Assembly (NCBI RefSeq): GCF_001194135.2
Contig: NC_069001.1
Coordinates: forward strand, 62,001-126,000
Direction of reading: 5' to 3'
Length of the DNA stretch: 64,000 bases
Origin: Octopus bimaculoides
Taxonomy: Eukaryota
Shown: in pieces, positions 1 through 14,711 of the stretch
How the letters are laid out: each line of letters starts with the position of its first letter
Position numbering within the stretch: position 1 is the first letter of the stretch
The notes under the pieces: model-generated
What the model saw: only the letters and a program-made list of their open reading frames with translations
The model's database searches: none
Told to the model about the DNA's origin: nothing
Program-made: the position numbers and the translations under genes

Positions 1-581
1 CTAATCCTGATCTGACCTGAACATGGAAGCATCTCAGTCTATGGGAAAATATTACTTTGCTTGGAAGCAGGCTTGGTGACAGGAAAGGCATCCAGCCATA
101 GATGTGTCTCAACAAATTCTGTCTGACCTACGCAACCATGTATGCATGTATACACACATGTGTCTACGTATCCTCACAGAATCCATTCAGAGATGAAAGA
201 AAATATAGAAGCTTTAAAAAAAAACAAAACAAAAGACAAGTTCCCAGTAAAATCAACAGAAACTAAACGTAAGGGAGACGATGTTAAGAGAAAATAACAA
301 AAGACAAAGTCAATAATTGGCGAGGAAGGAAATAATTAGCTGATGAAATGAAGCTTAAATTGTGCAACAGACCATAATATAGGGTATGTATAGGATACAT
401 GATATGTGTATATAAATATATATAAATGTTTATAGATATGTGTGTGTGTGTGTGTATAGATACACACACACACATATCATCATCATCATATGAATATATA
501 TATATGTATATATACACACACATATATATATTAAATAGATAGATATGTATATTTATGTGTGTATATCTAGCTATCTATTTA

Positions 582-632
<51 letters not shown>

Positions 633-939
633 TAGCAGCTCTTTAGTGTTTATTGCGTTCTGACATTGTTCTATTGAAGTTGACAAGCCCTGACAGCTCA
701 CCTGTGGTCTTCAATAACTGGTTGGTGACATTTATTGAACACTAAATATTGGCTTACAAACCCCAACACTGACACACACACACACACACACACACACACA
801 TTCATATATATGTGTGTGTGTATCTAACTTTGTCTTCCATCCTTTTAGAGTTGATAAATTAGAGTACCAGTCAAATACTAAGGCTGGTGTTATTAACCAG
901 ACCTTCTCCATGCAACAGTGAACCTGGTGCCAAAATCTG

Positions 940-1387
940 AATCTGTTATTAGCTTTACATTTTGAGTTGGGACTACTGCTCTCAACTGTGGTCACCCTAC
1001 AGTGTCAGATTAATAATGGAACTTGAAGCACTTCAGCAATGTTATGCAAGTAAGACTGCATCAATGGAACAGCTGAGCTACTGGGAGAGATTGAAGGAGC
1101 TATGACTCTACTCCCTGGAGTGAAGACGGGAGAAGTATGCAGTGATATATGTGTGGAATACACTGGAGGGGCAGGCACCAAACTCTGGAATTGAGAACTA
1201 TATCAGACCTATATGGATGTCACTGCTGTCCCATCTAGAGTGAGGACCATGCACTGCAATAACTTGGGATTCAAGGGCCCACAGCTATTTAACACCTTGC
1301 CAAAACATCTGAGGGACCTTCAGGGAATAGGTGTAGATGTTTTCAAGAAATAACTTGACCTCCTGCAATCCAAGGTCTCAGATGACA
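940..1387 (+). mobile_element. CR1-clade LINE, decayed 3' end of ORF2 (RT C-terminal region)
   Basis: Manual translation gives DYCSQLWSPYSV..LEALQQ..QLSYWERLKEL*LYSLE*RREKYAVIYVW..NNLGFKGPQLFNTLPKHLRDL..VDVFKK*LD, typical CR1 ORF2 C-terminal motifs; the TGA stops fit CGA>TGA decay. Confidence 0.85.
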
Positions 1388-3842
1388 GGATATTGTTTCA
1401 GTGTTTTTAGTGAACCATATGCGTGTGTGTACATGTATGCGTGCGTGTAGTATAGTTTTCTGCATATAACATGTTTATATTGACTGCATAACAATACAGT
1501 CCAATATGTTAGTACATGTAACAATAACAATATGCTGTGATGTGATCAATATGTAATGCATATGTGTGTGTGTATGCATACACACACATATACATGCATA
1601 TATACATGTATGGTATGTACATATGTATACACCTATGCTTAGATATAAAGTAAATAGACCGTCTGTCTATATATCAATATATTTATCAATACATTTATCA
1701 ATATGCTTATTGATATTCATTCCTATTTCTTTGAATGTATCTGGATATTCATCTAAATATCACCAACCAGTCTGCCTACCTACCTCTCTCTTTTTTTTCT
1801 CTCTTCTCTGTTGTGTGTGTGTGTGTGTGTAAGTTTTTGTATGAATACTATCATACACACACACATATATATATTCACATAATATACAAAATACATATAT
1901 ATATTACATATAGACATGCACATATGCATACATATTTATACATACATATACACATGCAGACACACATATATGTAAATGTATATACATATACAAGTATGTG
2001 TTATACACACACACACATACTTATGTATGTGTGTATGAAGAAATACATACAAAGATAATATTGTGTATGTGTGAGTAGCAGCATTTTGCCCATCCTTACA
2101 TTCTGAGTTCGAATTCTACCATGGTCAACTTTACTTTTCATCCTCTCGGGGTCGATAAATTAAGGACCCGTGAAACCCTGAGGTTGATGTAATCGATTAG
2201 TCCCCTGCCCCTAAAATTTCAGACTTTATGCCAATAGTAGAAAGGATTATTATTATTATCATTAATCTTATGAAGGTGGCATGTCTGAAAGCATACATTA
2301 TGTTGTATGGATTTGGTTTTAAAGGGATTTTCAGTCAACTGTTTACAGCTGTTGCAATAAAAATGTGGCAATCAAAGTCTGCCTCTGTCACAACTGCATC
2401 CAGAAGATGCGAGTGAATAAGTTACAAATTGTTAATGGAGTTGGGAAGGATTTCAATCAAGGTGTGTTAATATAATCGATGGTGTTCCATCCTGTGGATG
2501 AAGAAAGTGACACTCAGGAGGAATTTCCACAGATTGCGGTTTACATTGTATTTCCATTATACTGGGGGGGGGGAGCAAGGGTAGAATGTTATGTGGTGCG
2601 TTTAATGGTTTAGTCCATGTTATAGGGGTTAGAGGTTAGACGCTAACCGCTTTTTAGTAGATATAGCATTAGAAAAAGAGTTGGCAGAAACAACTTAGAT
2701 TAAACTCTTTAGGGGAAGTTTAATACATGAATATATTAATGAAAGGAAATTGGGTGAAGCCTAAATGTGATGCTAATATTAGTTACTTCTTGATCGAAAC
2801 CTAATCCCAAAACCCCTATATGTAGTGGGGTGGGGGTCAAAGTCAATACTACAAGCGAATTGGTCATCTAATATCTAATAACAATGGCGTTGTTCAAATC
2901 TGTTAGGGGCTTTCAATGAATTCCAAGACCAATAAAACAAAAGTATAAAAATAAAAATAAAATAAAAATATCGATATAATAATATTTCAGGCATGAACTG
3001 TTGGGGTGGTGCTTACCGATGGAAGGGCCAAGGAAAGTACTTATGGATATGTGACTAGTGTCTTATTTGAATATATCTGAGAGACATATTTAATTAACGA
3101 ATAGATTTCTGTACGGGAGAAGAAGAGATGAAGAAATGTTTAGTTGAAGGGTAAACAAATGATAAACGGACGCCAATGGGTTCCTTCGTAGTTTTAAGTA
3201 GCCGGGTGTTATATTATCAATGGTGAGCTGCCATTTACTAGAAGAGTATTGATGGAGTGTTATTACGTTGTGGGTAGGTCTGAGTAATAATTACAAGTTT
3301 ACTCGTAAAGTCTGAAAGTACAAGTGTTAATGTGGACGTGTCTGGGTTAAAATATATTTTTTAGGCTTTGTAGACTACAGTTGAAGGGGGGTAACTGTGT
3401 ATTTCAATTAATTCTAGGGTGGAAGACATTCAGAGACATTCAGAAATAAGGTTGAGATTAGAAACAATCCTGGATATAAGCAGAAAGCATTCACGTTTCG
3501 GGACAGGTATTACTCAGCGAACTTGATTTACTACATGTTGTATTGTAATTACATCAGGTTACTAAGTTGTAAAATATTAACCAAAGAGCCATATGGGTTT
3601 ATTATAGTTAGAATGGAGGTTATACTGGCTCTTGTGGTAAAAAATCAGAATATAGATATTTTGTGGCTTTATTATAACAGAAAATATTTTCTTCTCATAT
3701 GAATGCCTTTATATCATTTAAGTCAAAGTGATAGACAAAAATTTTAATAAAATAACAATAACAACAAAAACAAGACAAAATAACAATGTATACATGTGTG
3801 TGTGGTTATACATATATATGTGAGTGTGTATATGTGTGCATG

Positions 3843-3880
<38 letters not shown>

Positions 3881-4254
3881 GTTTCTGTGTAAACTTGATC
3901 TATAAATTAAGAGTGAATTTTGTGTATATATTTAGAGTTGAACTGTTGATGTTCAATTTCTGGTGTATAGAAATTAATTTGGCATGAAGAAGTTAGTGAA
4001 ACAGCCATAATGTTATGAAAGTCAACTGGTTAAATAAATATATATTCGCCTTACAAACCTCATGACTTTATGGTTTAATATAATCCTCACAAAATAATTT
4101 TATCACTTGGATTTTTCTAGATTTTTCGACAAATGGACACTTTACATAACACTACTTCATAATTGATTACTTTGTGGACTGACTGATAACCAACTCCATA
4201 CAAGGAGCTTACTGTGATAGTCACACTGCTCACATATATATATGCGTATGTGTG

Positions 4255-4351
<97 letters not shown>

Positions 4352-4662
4352 TTGTATGTATGTATGTATGTATGTATATATGTATATGTATACAGGTATA
4401 CAATACATAGTAAAAGGATAGAATGAAATATATATAAAGAGAGAGAGAAGTATTTAACATATACAACCATATACATAACAACACATAAACACATATACAA
4501 TTACACACAGCATACACACACACACACACACATCAAGTAATAGCACATAGTCAAGCAGAAGCTAATGGTGGTATTGGTGGAGACGGGTTCCAAATGTAAC
4601 AGCATAAGTATCAGTTAATCAAATGTGATAAGAGTTGCTTTAATAGATCACTTTTATTACAG

Positions 4663-4728
4663 GAAGACTACTATCTTGGAGAAGCATGCCATAATGGTAA
4701 ATTCTACATCTCAAATCTCCTCATCTCT
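4663..4728 (+). CDS. Candidate short exon
   Basis: Acceptor cacttttattacag; donors gtaaat (after 4696) or gtaagg (after 4728); open frame EDYYLGEACHNGKFYISNLLIS; all three minus frames are closed. Confidence 0.2.
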
Positions 4729-5286
4729 GTAAGGAACTCAATGTAATAATGGAAGAAGAAATGGCAACAAGAACCAGTGTTTCCTTACCAACTGCTGCTG
4801 CCATTACATACACCCTCAGCTCTTATTATAACAACTATATACATACATATATGTATATGTATGTATGTATATACACACACGTTTACTTTATATTGCTGCC
4901 CCCTCTCTCTCTCTATCCATCTCTCTAACTATATTTCTCGTTTGTTGTCCTTGTCCCCGCTCTCTCTTTCTATCACTTCATCTATTTCTCTCTTCAATCT
5001 GACTGTCAGTCTCTTTCTCCCACTTTGTTCCTCTTCTTTTTATCTCTCTCTGTTTATCTGTCTCTCCTTCTCCCTCTCTCTTTTCTCTTTCTCACATTTT
5101 CTTTTCCTCCTCCTCCTCCTTCTCTCTCTGTCTTTGCCCTTTTCTTAATCTCTTGCTCTTCCTTCGCTTATTTCCATACAGATCAATGTTCACACTCACA
5201 CATATACTTACATACACATACATATGTATATGCAGATGTGCACTTGCACACACACACACACACACATATATGTATGTATGTGTGTG

Positions 5287-5328
<42 letters not shown>

Positions 5329-5681
5329 TATATCTCAAGGGTTGAGAGTTTCATGCATTTGCTGAAACCCTGAATGTGGAAGATGGAACCAGATACTCCT
5401 GGAATACGGTATGTACCTCCATTACCCGTTTGTTTGTCTTCAACTGCATTGTTTACATGGTTTACACTGATGTCTTCATATGTGAGAAGCCTCAGAACTT
5501 TTAGTGCTGCTTCGAAATTCTAAAGAAAATCTGTAAACTTAAAAACTGACTGACTCTGTCTGCTGACTCTCAGAAAGTTGCTCTTAGTATTGACTGATAA
5601 ACCTTTCAAATACTTGCTAGAATATTAGGTTGCAAAACAAAATACAGTGCCTGGACCAGCAATTAATATGTACATCAACAC

Positions 5682-6045
5682 CATCATCATTTAACGTCCG
5701 TTTCCCATGCTGGCATGGGTTAGATGGTTTAACTGGAGCTGGTAAGCTGGAAGGCTGCACCAGACTCTAGTCTGATTTGGCAAGGTTTCTACAGCTGGAT
5801 GTCCTTCCTAATGCCAACCACTCTGAGAGTGTAATGGGTGCTTTTTACGTGCCACTGGCACAGATGCTATTCACGTGACACTGGCAGTAGCCAAAACTTT
5901 TATTTCACTTGGTTTGATGAATCTCCTTAAGTACAGCATATCACGAAAGGTCTTGGTCACTTGTCATTGGCTCCGTGAGGCCCGACATTTGAAGATCACA
6001 CCATTGGCAATGGCCACGGTTACGGTTTCACAGGTGTACCATATG
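5682..6045 (-). mobile_element. RTE-tail repeat (5'-truncated RTE LINE or RTE-derived SINE), family A
   Basis: (GAT)n tail then conserved core catcatttaacgtccgtttcccatgctggcatggg..aggtttctacagctggatg..cctaatgccaacc; distal part is the reverse complement of the RTE ORF2 end (DQDL..AVL). Same core recurs about 10 times in the window. Confidence 0.8.
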
Positions 6046-6252
6046 TGTATCTAAATACATATATGTGAGCTATGTGAGTCTTTGGTTGAGCACAGGTGAC
6101 GGTTGGCAACAGGAAAGCACATCCGGCCTTAGAAAAACTACCTCAATAAAGCCTGTCTGACTCAAATGAGGAAAGGAAACATTAAAAGATGAGGACAAAA
6201 CAGAGATGCATCTCTATCTATCTGTCTGTCTGTCTGTCTGTCTACCTCAATT

Positions 6253-6294
<42 letters not shown>

Positions 6295-6980
6295 TCTGTA
6301 TATGTACACACACACATGCATACACAAACACACGCACACATGTATATATATATGGCATTGAAAAAATAAAGAAACTCATAGTTGAATGAATTTAAAAACG
6401 ATGACAATGGTAGTGGTACCAGAGCTGCTGCTTCTACTATTGCTATTGCTACTGATGCAGCTGATGATGATGGTGGTGGTGATGGCAATGACGACGATGA
6501 TGGCAATGATGGTGGTGATGACGATGATGATGACGTGATAAATTATCATTTCAAATTATCTGCAAATTGGAAATGGAAGTAGTTGTAAAGATAACGGATA
6601 AGTCTATTGATGAGAAGTGATTGGGGGTGAGACATCAATGGAAGTTGATTGAATCAATCAGATTAGAAAACTAGGAGAGTGGGTGGGGGAGAGGAGTAGG
6701 GGAAGATAGGTGGGAGAAAAAGAAAAAGAAGGAAAGAGAGAGAAGGAAAGAAGAGAGAGTGAAAGAGTAAAAAATGTGTAAAGAAATGACAGTATATTTT
6801 ACACATATACTAATATTATATGTTTATATATATATATATATATATATATTCATATAGTTTATATGTATATACATACACACGTACATAACTATTTTATACA
6901 TACATATATATATATATATGCATACACATATACATACGTGTGCATAAGATTCACAATATAGGTAATTATATTCATACATA

Positions 6981-7016
<36 letters not shown>

Positions 7017-7189
7017 TTAATATACATACATTTCAATAAGTACATATATACTTATATGTGTGTGTGTAAATATATACAGATATACATATATTTATATACA
7101 TATATATGTATAAATTTCATCTATTGATATATTTTTATGTGTGTATGTATAAATACATTTATAGATATATATATGTGAATGTCTGTCTG

Positions 7190-7222
<33 letters not shown>

Positions 7223-7278
7223 CTGTACATATGAATGTATGAATGCATGTAGGGATGTGTAGGCACAAGTGTGTGCAC

Positions 7279-7318
<40 letters not shown>

Positions 7319-9211
7319 GAGAGATTCTCAAATGAGACAACAGAAAACAAGTTGACCAAAATAACTTTCAATTTATCTGCCAGCGAGGAGACAACAAACG
7401 ACAACTTTGACAACAACTAAAACATCACTTTCTACTATCACTACTGCTACCACCACCACTGCTACTACAACAGCTACTTCTATTTTTGCCATCAAGAGAG
7501 GTTTTATACTCATCCAGTGACAAATAAATTGCTATTAAGTCACACAATCTGTTAGAAATAGCAGCCAAATCTCCCTCAATCTCATATCTAGCACCTTAGA
7601 AATAAAGAAGGCAAATAGCTGGGAAAGTAAGAATGCTGGTGAAATGTTTTTCATTATGGATGTGATGGCTTAAGTTTAAACAACAAGAAGAACAACATGG
7701 CTGGTACCACCGACTTCACCAATAATACCACCATCACCACCACCACCACCAAAACTACCAATGATGTGGCCATCACATTTCTCATCCACCACTATCATCA
7801 TGACCAATATTACCAGTACCAGTGCCACCCCCCCACCACCAACAAAACTACCACTGCCGTCATCACCACCACCACCAACAACAACATCAACAACACCACC
7901 ATTGGCCAGAGATTAGATATATTTAAATCTTAAGATCTAAGTGTATCAGAGGAAAGATATTGAGAGAGGTGGGTGGGAAGAGGAGGTGGTGAGGGGCATG
8001 GGTGGATTATTTTGCTGCCTTTTTTTTTTAATCTTTTCTTTTCTTGCTGCCAAAGTGGAGAATTTTCCAGCATCAAAACGTTCATATACATATGTATATA
8101 GGTATATAGAAATATGTGTGTCTGTGTGTATTCATGCATTCATATACATACATATACATATACATATACATACATATACATATATACATATATACGCAGC
8201 ATGCACTGCATGTGTCTCACAAAAGCTGGAAAACAAAATAGGAAGAAAATAAAAATGAAACCTCAAAAAGCGAACACTTCACAACAAAACGGTGAATTGC
8301 ATGTGTGTGTGTGTGTGTGTACATGATATCTACCTACCTATCTATCAATCCATCTATCTGTCTATCTACATATATATATATATATATGTGTGTGTATATA
8401 TATATGTAAGAAGGGAGGTTATAGGCCACTAACTGTTAGGGTTTGATGAGACATATGTAAAGCCAAGAACTTATTTCTACCTTAGCAGCCCTTCCTCTGT
8501 CCTGTTTGTGTTACCTATTTTGACCCACCACAAAAATCCCAAATTTTATTTAATTTGCTTTGCGGGAGAAACTGTTTTATCGAAAGGGCTGGAATGATGA
8601 TGATGATGATGACCACAACAATGACGATGATGATGATGATAACTATAATTGTTGATGTTGTTTAGCCAGTCCCGTTTGAACAAACTTGTGATCAAAGCTT
8701 TTCCAGCCATGACTGTCTCATGGAAACACATGACAACACTTTTCAATCTGTCTTGTTTCTTTGATGACATGTTGCAATATGAGGGAGATTTGGCTGCTAT
8801 TACTAACATGTTGAGTAACCACATTGAAACAGCCTTTCTGTCATTTGGTAAGGATTTCATCATGGGAATTGATGATAATGATTATGTTGCTATTGAGAGA
8901 TGTTAATGATGATGATTATGGTTGTGGTGGTCGTCGTCATGGTGGTGGTGGTGGTGGTGAAATGGGCGTTGCTGGTGTGTGGAGCAGTTTGTAGCCTTCC
9001 ACCACTACCCACACCACCACTAATACCATGTGCGATTATTACCACTCGGGAATAATAAACACAACAACAATGATAATACTGGTAATAATAATAATGATAA
9101 TAATAACAATGAAATGAAAACAATAATCATTTCATATAACAACAACAACAGAATCATCAAAATAAACAAGAACAATGTGGTGTTTGTACATATATACATA
9201 TATATTTATAT

Positions 9212-9283
<72 letters not shown>

Positions 9284-10029
9284 NNNNNNNNNNTTACGTT
9301 TCTTGTAGTGCTTAGGAGAGGATGAGAGATAGGAGAGGAGATTGGTGGAGGTGGGCATGGACGGAGGAGGAGTGGAAGAGGTGTATGAAGAGATGGTGGT
9401 AGTACTGGTGTGTTGTTGGTGGTGAGTTAGTTGTGATATTGACCACAATGGTGATGATGTTGATGGGGATAATGATGATGATGTTGATTAAAAAGCAGCC
9501 GACGTAAGGACTAAAAGAACCGTTTTGGCTCTTCTTGGCGTAGTTGGCTTTTATCTCAATCAATAAAACACCCAATCACTATCAAATATCGAACAGCAAA
9601 TGTTTTATGATTAATGAACTGAAATAATAATATATTCATGGTAATTACGATTAATTTTAGAAAATTTATTCATACTTTGATTTGTTTCATTTCATTAGAG
9701 AGAATAAATATACTAATGAGCATTTCATATACACATACATATATATATATATATATATACATACACAAATACACACACACATACACATATACGTGTGTGT
9801 CTTAGTGAAGGCACATGGCTTAGTGGTTAGGGTAATCAGCTCACCATCAGAAAGTTGTGGGTACAATACACAGCAGTTTGTTTGTCCTTGGGCAAGACAC
9901 TTTATTTCACTTTATTGCTCCAGTCCACTCAGCTGTCAAAACTCGAGTTGGACCTGTAATTCAAAGGGTCAGCCTTGTCACAAAAACACTATCACATCTT
10001 GCCTACCTAACAAAAGAGGAATACACAAG

Positions 10030-10554
10030 CTTACAAGTGGTTTCCATGCTTTAGGAATGGTCACTCGTCGCTTGAGAACCAACTTCATTCAGTACAACTG
10101 TCGACCTCCCAAACAAATGAAAACATCCTGAAAATTCATGAACAGATCTTAGAGGACCATCACCAAACAATTGACAAACTTGTTGATATGACTGGTGTCT
10201 CCTGGGGCTCCTCCCAACGAATTTTGAGGGAGGAATTGTGAATGAAAAGAGTTGCAGTAAAATTTGTGCCTTGTTTGCTCACAGAAGATCAAGAGCAGTC
10301 AGGACTGAAAGACCAGTTGGAAGTTGATCCGGACCTTTTTTTTGGAAGGTCATCCCTGGTGACGGAAGCTGGTGTTTATAGAATTTGCAGATGTGGAGGA
10401 AGTGAAAGAAAAACCAAAGGAGGCATTAAAAGTGTTCCAGGACTGCTTTGAACGGTGGAAAATGCACCTGGACTGATGCATTCCTTCAAATGGGGAATAC
10501 TTTGGAGGCAAAGAATATTGCAAAATTCCGGTTTCTTTCGGGTACCCCTTCATA
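10030..10554 (+). mobile_element. Mariner (Tc1/mariner) transposon, internally deleted and degenerate
   Basis: YKWFPCFRNGHSSLE (HTH region), RPPKQ/TNENILKIHEQILED..MKRVAVKFVPCLLTEDQ (WVPHEL-like motif), VIPGDGSWC (first catalytic D), then a jump to C-terminal FQDCFERWK..NGEYFGG and a TIR-like end aaattccggtttctttcgggtacccc followed by TA. Confidence 0.85.
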
Positions 10555-12559
10555 TACACATACACACACACATGTATGTATATAAACACACACGTATATA
10601 TTCTTTTTTCTTTACTAGTTTCAGCTCAAGAGACATGGCCATTCTGGGGCACTGCTGCCATTACCACACCAGCTGCTGCTGCTACCACAAGCATCTCCAC
10701 CATCACCATCACATCCACCATCAACCACCACCACCACCACCATCACCAAAGCCATCAATCTCACTCTTTCAAATTCCATTAGTCTTTATCAACAGATATT
10801 TTCCATTTGCGAAAATATAAAATAAAACAAAAAGAAAAATAATTCCATTAAAATAAGTAAGCCTAGAATTAATTTATTGAAATTATTTTAAAATTCATTA
10901 AATATTTATTTACTTATTTATTTATTAAAATTTTCATTTTCCATTATTTCTTTTACTGCTTGTTTTTTTTTTGTATTTTATTATTTTTGATTCTTGATGA
11001 GAATCTGCTCCTCTAATTAAACCATCCTGTTTGCACATCTTCACACTCCCACCTCCACCCTCCACTGTATCCCATACCCCCCCCCCTGCACCACCAGCTA
11101 CATGTTACTTTGATAGATTCAAGGAAAAGATGCAAATACATGTAACACAATTCATTCGGGTGTCATCGTGCCAACTGTTAGTCATATCATTATTATTGCT
11201 ATTATTATTATCATAATGACTATTTTGTTATTGTTACTATTATTATTATTATTATTATTATTAGTTGTAGTAGTTTTAGTGTTGGTGGTGGTGGTGGTGG
11301 CCGTGGTAGCAAGGCAGTGAGAGCTGGCAGAATCGTTATTACGCTGGGCAGCATTTTGTCCGTCTCTATTTTCTGAGTTCAAATTCCACTGAGATAAACT
11401 TTGCCTGTCATCCTTTTAGGGCTCGATGAATTAAGTACCAGCGAAATACTGGGGTCCCCTAGCCTAAAATTGCAGGCCTTGTGTCTTCAGTAGAAAGGGT
11501 TACGGCAAAGCATGTCCGAATATACTCATTATTGGAATATTAAAATAAAACATTACATTCGTACACCCACCCCCAACCCCACTACTCCCCCCATATGCTA
11601 TGCATACACACACACACACACATGCACATACACACACACAAGCACACAGCTCACCACAAACACACATTTATATAAACGCTTTTAATTCATCTCTATCATA
11701 CTGTGTGTCCCTGCACAAGTCCACCCACCACCACCATCACCACTACCACTACTTGCAGGTGTATGTTACTGTGTCTGTGTACATGTGTCAAATAACAAGT
11801 CTACATATGTTAACATGTAGACATTTTTACATATAATATTCAAACACACACATTTGCGTATGTTTGTATTTCATTTGTATATTTGAACAAACACACACAC
11901 ACACGCATGCATGTATGTATATTTAGACAATATTCAAAACGATTCATTATGAGCAAACATAAAAAATTATGCCTATTAAAATCAATTATCATTATGTGTA
12001 TGTATGTAAGTGTATATGAGTGTGTGTGTCGGTGTTTGTATGTAATTATGTAAAAGACATTCATACATGTTTACTTGAACAAATGAATGGAAACTTGTTG
12101 ACCGATGTTGTGCTGTCTCTATTCTGCAACGGTGTTTCCAATAAGAATTGAAAATTTGATGTAATATCCTGACTGTTTTGAGAGTTTGGGAGGAGGAGGA
12201 GGAAGAGGAGGAGAAAGTTAAGAATGCCAAGCACCTGTGCTTACATTCACACACATGTAAGTATATAGAAACATGTAGACACATGCATATTAACACATAA
12301 TTATATATACTTACTGAATAAAGACATACATACATACACATTCACATACCTATGTATGTGTTATTTCAAGATTTCTTGCCAATAAGGAAAGAGCCAGTTT
12401 CTAACTTAGATCCAAGGCTCCTTCATTGGAATTTCAACATTAACAACAGGCTATTTTTCTATGTATGTATTTATTTGGAGTCCGTGCATGTGCAATTTTG
12501 CATGTTTTGTTTTATGTATGTCTTCTCATGCATATTGTTGTATGTCTAGATATATGCAT

Positions 12560-12960
12560 ATAGACTTTTTGGTTTTGAGAAGCTTAAGTTCTCAAGAATG
12601 GTATTTAAGCAGTGTGTTACATATCCTAGTGTCCCAATAATTACAGGTATAAACCTGAACTTGTTATCTGGATGGAGTCACTGCAGATTTCTCAATAGTT
12701 CAGTGTAGGTATTCTCATTTTCACTGATCTTTAGCTTTATGTTAATTTCTGCTGGGCAGCTGATTTCCACAACTGGATACAGTTTCTCTTCTCTATCTCA
12801 AATCATCATGTCAGGTCTATTATGTATACATTTTATTGAGGGTTCCACTGGAATATTCCACCAGTACTCCTTCTTATGGCTTCTACCACACGGTGGATTC
12901 TTATTTCTTTGTCTGTTCTTCAGTTGTGTTGTTGCCATGTTGTTTGTCATAACTCTCAGC
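12560..12960 (-). mobile_element. R4/Dong-type (RLE endonuclease) non-LTR retrotransposon 3' fragment
   Basis: Minus translation KEYWWNIPVEPSIKCIHNRPDMMI*DREEKLYPVVEISCPAEINIKLKISENENTYTELLRNLQ*LHPDNKFRFIPVIIGTLGYV matches the HNRPD..E..P..N..K..Y..L..IPVIIGxLG restriction-like endonuclease pattern. Confidence 0.75.
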
Positions 12961-13129
12961 AAAGTAAAATCAAATTTCAGTCTAAAACCACAACAATTTT
13001 GAATGAACAGCTCCCTCAGCTTCAAAGCTGGAGATAGTATTCGTCATATTTTCAATAAACAGTCTCCCACACCAAATACACAACTTGCTGCTTTCAGTGT
13101 GTGTGTGTGTGTGTGTGCCACTCTGAGCA

Positions 13130-13625
13130 GCACACACTTTAGCTACACCAAGGTTTCCTCTCCAATGGTCTCCCTATTGTCCCAAAAGCACCTCGTCAGT
13201 GTCCATAGTTTACACTGAATACAACATATGCAATGTCTACCAACATAGTTTCTGCATATTCTCCTTGATGGTAGCAGAGCCCTATCTTTTGCCCTACTTA
13301 CTCAAACTTCAGCCTTTATTTCGAGGTCCTTCAAATCTAGTTTTAACTTGCATGTTTGGGATTTCTTCTTAAGATCTCCTCCACATTCGGCCACGAGAGC
13401 TGCAGAACCAACACACAAAGCTTCCTATGTAATGCTGATTTTAAGCTCATCTTTCAAAACCTGAACAATTAACTGTAAACACTCTACACTGAGGATTCTG
13501 TTTCTCCAAAGCCCTTGTGTATCAAGCATCCACAACACCCCTAAAAGGTATTGTAAAACTCTTTTGAGTTACTTGTCCGCTTTTCCATTTGTTTCTCTTG
13601 CTTACATACTGAACTCATTCGTCTT
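13130..13625 (-). mobile_element. RTE-clade LINE, heavily decayed RT/PHD-like fragment
   Basis: Minus translation LIVQVLKDELKISIT*EALCVGSAALVAECGGDLKKKSQTCKLKLDLKDLE...CICCIQCKLWTLTRC resembles RTE ORF2 (VLQAITEEFK..PWELLYADDLALIAES..ELEKKF..CTQCKLWTHKRC); the catalytic motif is destroyed. Confidence 0.55.
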
Positions 13626-13768
13626 CATATTTCTTGTTGTTTACTGTTGGTGACGTCCTGTACCCACATATGCATATGTGTGTGTGTGTATATATATATA
13701 TTATTTATATTATTATTTGATTGAATGCCATGCATCAATTTCCAAATAAGTTCTTATATGTGTGTGTG

Positions 13769-13834
<66 letters not shown>

Positions 13835-13938
13835 TATACCTCTAAACATATATATATACATGTGTGTGTGTGTATGTATACATACTTAAGCATATGCACA
13901 TAATATCTCTAAATACATAATACATGACCCCACGAGGC

Positions 13939-13977
<39 letters not shown>

Positions 13978-14618
13978 GAAAGCAAAGTGGGACTCAGAAA
14001 GCAAATGAAACAAATGTCCATCTGTTCTTGACCAGTAAATGAGGGCACAATTTCAGCAAGATCAACAAACAATTGTTTTTGCTGCCAAACTTTGAAAAGA
14101 TCTCTTGGTCTAAGCAGAATTTAGAAAGTGTTGCAACTGACATTTTTGGTTTATACAAATAAAAAAAGAGAAAATATAAAAAAAAGAAAAAAATTGTTGG
14201 ATTTGTTTTTCTTCTTTGATTTTGTAAGCATGTTTGATATATTAAGTAGGGAAAGAGAGACAGAGAGAGAGAGAGTCAGAGTGTGTGTGTGTGTGTTTGT
14301 TTGTTCACCCTTCCCTGAATAGCAACATCACCTCTACGATGACTGCAAAGATCACAACTGCACACAGCCAGCCTAGAGGGAGGTCAGATTTCATGTGACA
14401 GCGTCATGGGTCTCGTTACACACAGACACACACATGCATGTAAATAAATACACACATATGTTATGTGCATGTGTGTGTGTGTGTGTATATATGTATATGT
14501 ATATAGATACATACACATACATATGTATAGACACTCATACAACTGTTCATAAATATGTATGTATACGTATATCTATCTAAATATATATGTATGTCTGTAT
14601 GTATATATACATATATGT

Positions 14619-14711
<93 letters not shown>

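Noticed and set aside
3545-3565. ATTACATCAGGTTACT resembling miR-12, and ATGGAGTTAGCTC (minus, ~47790) resembling miR-281
   Set aside because: Partial matches with a disrupted seed or 5' end and no proper precursor hairpin around them.
8649-8906. Plus ORF QSRLNKLVIKAFPAM..TAFLSFG with tttag/gtaagg splice-like flanks
   Set aside because: Contains gagggagatttggctgctattactaac, the reverse complement of the family D repeat core seen at 7550, 27700, 32400 and 41020; it is a diverged repeat copy, not an exon.
12739-13002. Hydrophobic plus ORF resembling a membrane protein
   Set aside because: Antisense shadow of the R4/Dong RLE fragment on the minus strand.
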